A stretch of DNA of 64,000 nt from an uncultured archaeon (lineage in GTDB: Archaea > Iainarchaeota > Iainarchaeia > Iainarchaeales > DTGL01), in assembly GCA_964551725.1 (NCBI GenBank), contig CAZKED010000001.1, positions 42,119-106,118 of the forward strand. The letters are read 5' to 3'. The position numbers and the translations under genes were made by a program. A model generated the notes under the pieces. It worked only from the letters and a program-made list of their open reading frames with translations, ran no database searches and was not told the DNA's origin. Below are positions 37,191 through 46,200 of the stretch, piece after piece (position 1 is the stretch's first letter; each line of letters begins with the position of its first letter).

Positions 37191-39441
37191 CCATTGATTC
37201 CCGCACCCAGTCCTTCCATTCTTTCAGCACTTCCCTGTAGTTGACCTTTCCTTTTTCCTCGATTTCCTTTTCCTTCAAGAGCATTAATTTGTCGTGCGCC
37301 AGCGCGGAGTTTTCCGCTTCAAGAATCTCGGGCAGGGAATGCTCTTCTTTCAGTTTCACCAGGAATTCCTTGGACTCGCCGCGCATTCTAATCTCCTCCC
37401 ACATCTGCTGCATTGAGAGACCGGAAACCCTGCTTATTTTTTCGAAAATGTCCGATTCCTTCAAGTTGTCTTCCAGCAGTTCGAGCCTGTCCTTTTTGGC
37501 ATCATAGCGCATTAAGTCCAGCAACCCGCCTTCTCTTTCCGGGTCCTCAACCCAGTGCTTTTTTATTTCGGTTACTTCAACAACCCTGCGGTGGCTTTTT
37601 AGGGAACCGCCGAACCTTATGGGGCGGGCGGTAACAACAATGTCCGTTGCCTTGAAGGAGGTTGTCGGAACATCCAAGTCATTCACGACGCGGTCCCAGA
37701 CAGCGTAAGCGGAATCGCCGTGAATCGTTCCCATTACAACGTTGCCTGCAGCCCCAATGCGCATTGCCTCGTACAAAGTGCGCGCTTCCGTGGAGCGCAC
37801 TTCACCGAGCACCAGAGCGCTGTCGCCCAGGCGCAGGGCGGTGCGAAGTGCCTCTTCTGGGGCAACCTCTGTCTCGGTTTTTGAGACTCCTATGGGCGAG
37901 CGTGTTTTGAGCCTCTGTATGTTGAAGCCGATTCTCTTCATGTACTCCGCGGGAATTTCAAGCGTGTCCTCCTGGAGTATTATTCTCGAGTTCTTGGGAA
38001 TTTCGAGAATGTTCGCTGCCATCAGCGAGGTCTTGCCCGAGCCCCTGGAACCTGTAACGAGCATTGTTGTCTTGTTGTCGATGAAAAAGGAAATGAGCCC
38101 GGCTGCCATCGGATTCAAAAATTTCACGTCAATAAACTGTGCCAAAGTCCAGGGCGTGACCTTGTGCAGGCGGAAAGCGAATGCGACTCCGTCCGGCGCC
38201 AAAGGCGGCCCTATGGTTGCAATTCTTGTCTCCAGTTCCGGCAAATCGAAGTCGAGCACCGGGTGCGCTTCGTCGAATGGTCTTCCTGACATTGCGCGCA
38301 TTTTTGTTATGAGCGTCTGGGCTTCCTTTTCCGTGTAAAGAATGTTCGTGGAGCACTGCCCGAAATCCGAGTGCACCAAGTAAACCGGATTCTGCCCTAT
38401 TGGTGAATCCAAAAAAACATCCGTGAGCCTGCGGTCGGAGAGAATTATTTCAAGTATTCCGTAGCCCACGGTATAGCGCGCGACGATTTCGCTCAGTTCC
38501 TCCGCCTCTCTCTTCGTGATTTTTATTCCGTTTGTTTTCGCGACATCGAGGATTGTGCTCTGGTAAATGCGTTCGAAGTAATCCCGGGATTTTGCCACGG
38601 TGCTCAGCGACGCCTTTCCGGGAGTGTAGGCTGCAACGATTTCCTTTGTCTTGCTGAGAACGAAATATTTTTCGGGGGAAAGGGTGTATTCGGGCGGATT
38701 GATGAAGTATAGGTTCATTGTTTTGTTTGGGTGGTTGAATATCTGCACTGTGGTGTTCTTTACAGTATATTCGTCCAATAGCTCCAACTCTTCCTCGTCC
38801 TTGAACATTAACATCGAGCCTATGAAAGACGGCTTTATCTGGGCTTCGAAGAACACCCTGTATAAATCCTTTGTGTCCGGTATTTCCTCGAGTTCTGTCA
38901 AAAAGCGCTTTACTTTCTGTATGAGCGCGGTTTTTTCGAATTCGTCTTTCATGTATGCGAGGGTGCGCAGGTAAACCTTGCTTCCCTGCTTGTACTGTTC
39001 GCTGCCTTCCTTGTACCTGGCTTTTTCTTTCTGGAGTTCGAGCACGCAGGTGAAGTAGGCTTTTATGGGATCGTATGCGATGAGGTCGTGCGCTATCGTT
39101 ACCGCCATTTTGTGCCTGGGACCCAAAAACATTTCGTCCGCGCCTGGCTCGCCCAGATTCTTCGACGCCCAGACGGTTTCCGCGTCAAATTTCTGCATCA
39201 GTTCTACTATTTCCTTGAGGAGTGCAGTCTGCGCCTGGTCGTAAACGCGCTCGTAGGCTTCCGCCAGCACTATCAGGTCCGCTTCCATTTCGGACATCGC
39301 TTTTATTACGTGGTAACGGCATGCTTGGTCGTCCGCTATCGAGGTGCCGTAAACGCATTCCCTGCAGTCGAATAGCAGGTGGCGCTTGTTGGCTTCCTCT
39401 TTAACGGTGTAATCCCCTACCTTGAACCCGCCTATTTTCAT
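37171..39441 (-). CDS. FlaI/PilB-like type IV pilus/secretion ATPase with a long N-terminal extension
   Basis: The core carries Walker A LVTGSRGSGKTSLMAANI, Walker B RIILQEDTLEIP and His-box GDSALVLGEVRSTEARTLYEAMRIGAAGNVVMGTIHG. The N-terminal roughly 330 aa carry CRECVYGTSIADDQACRYH. The ATG at 39441 is preceded by AGGTG, and the track GTG is at 39459. Confidence 0.85.
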   Translation of the reverse strand: MKIGGFKVGDYTVKEEANKRHLLFDCRECVYGTSIADDQACRYHVIKAMSEMEADLIVLAEAYERVYDQAQTALLKEIVELMQKFDAETVWASKNLGEPGADEMFLGPRHKMAVTIAHDLIAYDPIKAYFTCVLELQKEKARYKEGSEQYKQGSKVYLRTLAYMKDEFEKTALIQKVKRFLTELEEIPDTKDLYRVFFEAQIKPSFIGSMLMFKDEEELELLDEYTVKNTTVQIFNHPNKTMNLYFINPPEYTLSPEKYFVLSKTKEIVAAYTPGKASLSTVAKSRDYFERIYQSTILDVAKTNGIKITKREAEELSEIVARYTVGYGILEIILSDRRLTDVFLDSPIGQNPVYLVHSDFGQCSTNILYTEKEAQTLITKMRAMSGRPFDEAHPVLDFDLPELETRIATIGPPLAPDGVAFAFRLHKVTPWTLAQFIDVKFLNPMAAGLISFFIDNKTTMLVTGSRGSGKTSLMAANILEIPKNSRIILQEDTLEIPAEYMKRIGFNIQRLKTRSPIGVSKTETEVAPEEALRTALRLGDSALVLGEVRSTEARTLYEAMRIGAAGNVVMGTIHGDSAYAVWDRVVNDLDVPTTSFKATDIVVTARPIRFGGSLKSHRRVVEVTEIKKHWVEDPEREGGLLDLMRYDAKKDRLELLEDNLKESDIFEKISRVSGLSMQQMWEEIRMRGESKEFLVKLKEEHSLPEILEAENSALAHDKLMLLKEKEIEEKGKVNYREVLKEWKDWVRESMVGRFSK

Positions 39442-39459
39442 TTCCGCACCTTTTTGCAC

Positions 39460-39584
39460 CCTTTGCGCGTTTTCCGCGTGCTGCAGAAAAAAGGGCTTAA
39501 GTCATTATTAAACCTATCTCTCCCCGCCGCGGGAGCGCAAAAAAAAGGGTTAAATTGCTTTTCGTTTTTAATTTCACTGGTAGA
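39460..39584. promoter_or_regulatory. Divergent promoter region between the ATPase operon (-) and the sortase-like gene (+)
   Basis: It contains tttaataatgac (minus-strand TATA-like) and two AAAAAAGGG(C/T)TTAA motifs at about 39487 and 39540. Confidence 0.3.
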
Positions 39585-40217
39585 ATGGCGCGCAGGAAAA
39601 ATAATGCAGATGCTTTCGCCGCCGCGCGCGCGGCGGCGGAAAAATGGCTGGCATTCGAGAGAAAGAATGCAAAAAGCGAGGCGTTCAAGGCAGCAAAATT
39701 TCTGGCGGCATTCGCCCTCGTTTTTTTCGGGCTGAATTTTTTTCTCTCTTTTGTGCCGCTGCAGTTTTTCGAGGTGCCGGTGGCAGTGGCAATAAAGGGA
39801 TTCCTTGCAACGCAGAGCGTTGGGGCAAGAATCATTGCAACGGAGCCCGTTATAGTGGCGGCGGAAACAGGGCTTGATGTGTCAGTATCATACCTCTGCA
39901 CAGGGCTGCTCGAAAGCGTTGTGTGGATTGGAATAATCGCCGCTTCCCTGGGCGTGGAGTGGAAGAAGCGCTTGGCAGGCGCGTTCCTCGGTTTGGCTGG
40001 ACTGGCGGCATTCAATCTTTTGAGAATTTTCACAACGCTCTATTTCGTGCTCAACTCGGATGTCAGCACGGTGACTTTTATACATAACACATTTTTCAGA
40101 GCCGCATTATTCGCTGTATTGGTCGGATTTTACGGAATATGGTTCTGGCTTTCGGTCAGGAGCGAAATGACCAGAGGGAGGGAAAAGGGAAAAAGGCAAA
40201 AGAAACAAAAAAACTAA
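39585..40217 (+). CDS. Polytopic membrane protein with exosortase/archaeosortase-like features (small ArtE-like variant?)
   Basis: The 210-aa ORF has a cytoplasmic Ala-rich N-terminus, at least 5 TM helices, Cys115 in SYLCTGL, Arg157 in FNLLRIF (an N-x-x-R-I context, C-to-R spacing 42), and a basic tail. It sits immediately upstream of the giant-protein array. The assignment is by motif only. Confidence 0.4.
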   Translation: MARRKNNADAFAAARAAAEKWLAFERKNAKSEAFKAAKFLAAFALVFFGLNFFLSFVPLQFFEVPVAVAIKGFLATQSVGARIIATEPVIVAAETGLDVSVSYLCTGLLESVVWIGIIAASLGVEWKKRLAGAFLGLAGLAAFNLLRIFTTLYFVLNSDVSTVTFIHNTFFRAALFAVLVGFYGIWFWLSVRSEMTRGREKGKRQKKQKN

Positions 40218-40293
40218 AGGTATATTAATTACTTATATACCCAAGAATAAATAAATCAACATATGAAGCAGAAAGGGCGCGCGCGGTGTATTT

Positions 40294-43200
40294 ATGTTCG
40301 GAAACTCACTTGGCTCCTTTTACACAAAGATTGAGGACAAATGGTATTCCGCCATAGACTGGCTTGACCGGAAAGGAATTCCTTTTTACGTTTTCACGGA
40401 TTTTCTCGAAAAGCGCGGAATTCCCTCGCTTCCTTTTTCAATCGCCGTCTTGTTTTTGCTCGTGCTATTGCTTTCCACTGTTTCTTTCGGAACAGCCGTG
40501 AATGCAACGCTTTCATTCAACATTTCAGATGCACACGGAGACCCGCTGCAGGGCGTTACAGTAACAATAACCGATGCAGCAGGAAAGCAGGTGGAAAAGA
40601 AAGCGGTAAGCGACGGCGGGAAAATTTTACTGCAGGGCGCCCCGGTCGGAGCGGTTTACGAAATAAGCGCCGCAAAGCCGGGCTATGTTCAGGATGACAC
40701 CACTGCAAAAATTGATTCTGCTTCGGTGAATGTTTACCTCACGCTCAGGGCGGACTTGCAGCTTGCAGAGGGAATGCTTTCCCTCGTGGACGAAAGAAGC
40801 GGCACGGCAGTTAGGAATCCCGTGTGCATTGTGAAATACGAGGGGCTGGACATTGACGGCAGCGTGGACAGCAAGCAGGTGATTCATTTCAGCGGCATTC
40901 CCGCGGGAGAGGAAGTGATAGTGCAGTGCACGGCGAACGGATACGAGGACCTTTCAATCCCAATCGCGTTCAGGGAAGGCGAAACAATGCAGCAGGTCAT
41001 GACACCGCTTACCGCGGCGCTGACCGGCGACTCTTTTGTTCTCGTTTCATTGTACGAGTGGACTGACGGCGAGGCAAAGCCGCTGAGCGGGGTTCGCCTT
41101 ATAATAAAGAACGCGGAAACAGGAAATACGATAAGCGACGTCAATCTCGGGGAAGACGCGGAATACGCTGAAACGCTTAAAAAGGGCACGGTCATAACAA
41201 TCACAGCGGAAAAAGAGGGCTTTATTACTGCGGTGTGGCCTGAAACCACTCTCAGGGAGGAGGAAACGCCAATTGAAATCGTGATGAGGAAAGGCGGCGA
41301 AAAGCTCGTTGTGAGGGTGAATGCCGAGGACACGGGACCTTTAAGCGGTGCAATAGTGCAGTTGTACGATGCCGCGGCTGAACTGATAAAGGAGGAAACC
41401 ACAGACTTCAGCGGCTTCGTTGAGCTTGTGGGCATGGACCCTAACGCGACGTATTACATTACGGCGTACAAGGACCTGTACGTCGCGCAGAGGAAAAAAA
41501 TAATTCCCGGGGAACTCGAGGAACTTGTTTTCACTCTTGAGTACGCGAGCCCGCAGAATTCCTCCACGCTTTCAATAAAAGTGCTCGATTCTGCTGGATT
41601 CTATGCGAACGGCGCATCGCTTTATTTTTATGAAAGAAGCGGGGAAGAAGTGCTGCCTTTGGGCATTCCAGTAAAGTACGCTGACCTGAGGGGGGAAGCG
41701 ATAGCACAGGTTGAAAAGGAAAAGCTCGTTGTTGTCGTCGCCAAGAAGGATTTGGAAGAGGGAGAGGGCGAAGCGGAAATAACGCAGAGCTCGCACGAAA
41801 TGGAAATACAGATGGAAAAACCCGTCAATTTCGTCGAGCTGAAGCTCGTGGACGAATTCGGCAATCCGGTTCCTGGAACGGCGAACATTTCAACGCAGTC
41901 CGGCGAAGAGCTTTACAGCGGGGAAATTTCAGATGCAATATGGTTCGATTCGCAGGGAAACGAAAAAGTTGTGCTCGCGGTTGAACAGGAAGGGGAAAAA
42001 ATTTACGAGGAAGAAGTGGAAGTCGACAGCAAGACGGAAATAGAAATAGAAATTCCTTTGGGAGAAGAGGCAAGAATTCCTGCAATTGAATTCCTGGGCG
42101 TGTTCAACGCAATGGACGAGGAAGTCGAGGGAATCACGCGCGGTGAATATTACTGGCTGAAATTCAGCGCCAGTCTGCCGCAGTCGGAGAAAAGCGGGGT
42201 TCATGTCAGGGTGGGAAACGACTCGCAGAAGTTCGCGGACGAACAGCGCGTGGGAATCTACGGCTTTGATTCCGCACCTGGAGACTTTTTCTTCGGGCGC
42301 AGCTACCAGCCCCCCTCGGGACAGGCAATCGACTACAAGAACCGCGGGAAAGCGGGAGAGAAAAACAAATGGGTTGAAATCTATTTCGACAACCCGGCGG
42401 ACACAGAAATAATAAGGGTGAAAGTAAAAACAGAGGAAACCTTTTCAAGGGAAGAATTCGAAGTGCACTTCAGGGCGTTCGCGAAATTCAGGGGAAAATT
42501 CTACAATTCTCCGCAGAGCACCGGGGAAATGCAGCTTTATTCCGAGACGTACAGCGAGAGCGTGAGGGTTTTCACCACACGCACGCTGTGCAGCGAGGGA
42601 CTGTGCGCCGGCTACCTGTTCAGGGACGCGGAGGGAATGGAATTCAGGGAAAACGAATTCAAGCCCATACTGGAAAGACCCTACGCGCTTGAAATAACGC
42701 TGAGCGCGAAAGAAGGGGAAAAGGTGAATCTCACAGCGAGCACGAGAGCGAATGCCGCGGCAATGGCATTCTGGGGGATTTCACTGGACGAGTTTGCAGT
42801 CGTTCCCGAGCAGGGCTACGAGCTCGCGAGCGCGGACATAGCGGACGTGCAGGTAGAGCGCGGCGAGGAAGTCAAAGCGGTTGTTTATTTCATGCCAAAG
42901 GAAACAGGGCAGGGCTATCTGGAGATATCCGTGCAGGGAACGGAGAACGAGATAAGGAAGAAATTCTACTTCGACGTGGCGGAGGAAAGAAACATAAGCA
43001 TTGAAATGCCCGGAAAAGGAAAGCTCACCCTCGGGGAAAACCTTTTCCTGCGCCTGACCGACGCGGAAACAAGCGAATTTTTGACAAACGCGAAACTCAG
43101 GCTTGAAAACATCGACACAGAGAAGATTGAAGTCTCAACCGTAGGAACGAACACGAGAAACAACGGCTTGAACGGGGAATATTCCCTTGAAACCTCGCAC

Positions 43201-46200
43201 CTCGAGCCCGGCTTCTACAAAATCGTTGCATCGTTGTACGGTTACGTGGAGGCGGAAAAGCCAGTTATCATTCTCACCGATGAAGTGCTCGAGATTGAAT
43301 CGCCCGTTGAGATAAGCATGGAGCGCTGTGCTTTGGAGGGAAAATGCGAAACCTCCGGGGAAGCGACAGCAAAAATAACCAATAACTTGGGACTGCCCGT
43401 GGAAGTAAAGGGCTTCAGGTTCGAGCACATAAGAATGCCCAACGAATTCACGCTGAGCGCGGATGTTTCCGACATACTGGAGGGAGAGAGCGCTGTCTAT
43501 ATTACCGCGGTTTTCTCGGGAATGTACGACAAGCACCTGCACGGCGAATCCGACCTGGTGATAGAGGGAAGCGTGGGAAACGTTTCCGTGGAAGCGACGG
43601 CAAGAGTGAAAGTCAGCTACAACAAGGAACTGCCGAGCGACTGCCTCACAATAGACAAGGATTCGCTGCAGGTTTTAATGCTAGGAAATGAGGGGTCTAC
43701 TGAAACCGTTTCATTCGAAGTGGAGTACTCGAGAAGGGAGGAATGCTACAGGGATTCGGCGCTGGAATTCAGCGTTTACTCCGAGGCACTGCGGTCGGAC
43801 GAGGACATCACAGTGGAGGAAACCACTTTTTCCCTTTCCCCGGGGGAAAAGAGGGACGTGAGGCTTTCAATAACAAACAATATAAAGCGCTTTTATTCCG
43901 CTTCACTGAAAAGGGAATTTGAAATATTCATTGAGTCGGCTGACATCACTAAAAGCATTCCCTTAACCGTGCTCTTAAAAGACCCGGTGTTTTTCCTTGA
44001 GACAAATGACAACATCACGCTCTGGATGAGCAAGGACGAGGAATCCGGGGAAATAAGCGGCATTGCGCCGCTGTACATGAGGAACACGGGCGAACTGCCC
44101 ATTGAAAGCCTTTCGTTTTCCATAGCGGAAAGCCCGGCGTCAATCAACATCACCGTACTGCAGGACGGGGGCAATCTCACCTATTTGACACAGCCCGCGC
44201 TGCAGGCTTATTCAGCCCGTATTCCAATGGGGGACGGAATGGCACTCTACGGGGCGCCGCTCCAGCCCGGGGAACAAGCGTCGCCGCCAAAAACAATCTA
44301 TGCGAGCACTACTTCGACAGGCATTGACAAGGGACCGCACAGGGCAATAATCGAAATACGCGGCGTGGTGAAGGGCGAGGAGCATTTCCTCAGGAACGTT
44401 GCGGTATGGATTCACGTTTCCACGCCGAAATGCCTCAAACTGTACATGACGGACACGGATTTCAGGAGCGCGGAGAGCGAGCAGGGAACGATTTCAAAAA
44501 CAGCAACGATTGAAAACAACTGCGGGGAAACCGTGAGGGAAATAACGCTCGACCCCAAAAAGTTCGGGGAGAACACTCTCAACCTAAACCCCCTGAGAAA
44601 GGCATTCCTGAGCCCGGGGGAAAAGACGGAATGGAAAGTGATAATGGAGAAAAGGGAGGATTACTCCGCGGAAACGGAATTGAGGGCTAAAGGATTCCTT
44701 GTTTCAACGCAGAGGTATATTTACTCCGACCCCATTCCCATAACAATTGCAATAGGAACGGAAGCCGAAACAAGTGCTGGACCTTCGCTTGAAGCCTTCA
44801 CAATGCCTGTGTGCGAAACGGACGAGGAAAAGGAAATACATTACCCGGACATCGCTTCCTACGAGGACAAGGACTGCGCGCAGGGATACTGCGATGCGGT
44901 GCAGTTGAGCGAATTCCTGCTGAAAAAAGCGGAGGAAAAAATACAGGCAGTGAAGCGCAGGCTTCAGGACGGCAGCTATGATGTGAGCAATTTCGACAAC
45001 TGCCAGGATTCCGCTGGACTTTGCAGTTTCACTTCCCTGGACGTAACGCCCACAGTGCTCACCGTTTACATGAACAACGACAACCTCAGCGCTGAAGTCG
45101 CGGAGCACGTGAAGGACACCGGCTCTTTCCCGGAACTCAAAGGGTTTGTTGTCGATTACTTCGATGGCACGATATCCGACCTCGTTTCAAGGGAGGGCTT
45201 TTTCGCGCCGTTCCATTTGTACATGCCGACAAACGTCACCGGCTGCGGGAAATACGTTTTCTCAGTGAAGGGCGCAGTGCAGAACATACAGGGAAAGCTC
45301 GAGGAAGACAAAATATTGATACTCATTGAGTTCACGGAGGAAAGGAAAATCACTCCAGAATGCACGAACGAAGTGCAGAACGTAATGAATTTCCTGCCCG
45401 TGGACAAAGGGTTAACGCATAGAAACAACAAGAGCGCCTGGCCCGCTACAGTGGAAGCCACAAGCGAATTGGAGGAATTGGGCAAAAAAATTGCCGATGA
45501 ATTGTTTGACGACGAGAAGCGCAGCACCACCGGCTCAGTGTCACTGAACAAGCTGAGGTTGAAATATGGTGATGAAGAACAGGGGGGCATTCTCGTAATA
45601 AAGCTCATGCGCGTTTCGAGCACCGAAGCAAGACCCAAGACTGTCGAGGCACTCATTACGCCAATGCACAGGGACAGCGCGGATGACGTAAAGGAAACGC
45701 TTGAGGAAAGCATTGTTGAGGCATTTGGCAAGCTTGCGCAGAGCTCGCAGGACCTAGACATGTGCATTGATGCACAGGGCGAGTCATTCACCCTTCTCGG
45801 GCTGGAATCCAGGGGGGAAATCTCGATTTCCGGAGAGGAAAGAATTGAACTGTACTACGAGGAGGAGGGATGCGCGGACCTGAATGTTTTCAGTTCCGTG
45901 ATGGAAAAAGTTTCGCTTAAAACAAACTGGAAGGAAATGCGCGAGGCGGGAGAGAACGCGGGCTTGAGCGACGTTTACATTAAAGTAGCGGGGGAAAGGG
46001 TGAAGGAGTATTCCAACGAGGAGCGCGTGCTCGGCGATTCCTTCAGGCTTGAAAGGAATCCCGCGGGAAACAATTACTACATGGAATTCCAGGTCTGCGC
46101 GAAAGGAGACATTGACGCGATTGACGAAGCATTCGGCAAGGAAGTGAAGGTGAGAGCGAAAAGCGCTTCCTTTGCGGGAAGGGAAATGAAAGACTGGCAT

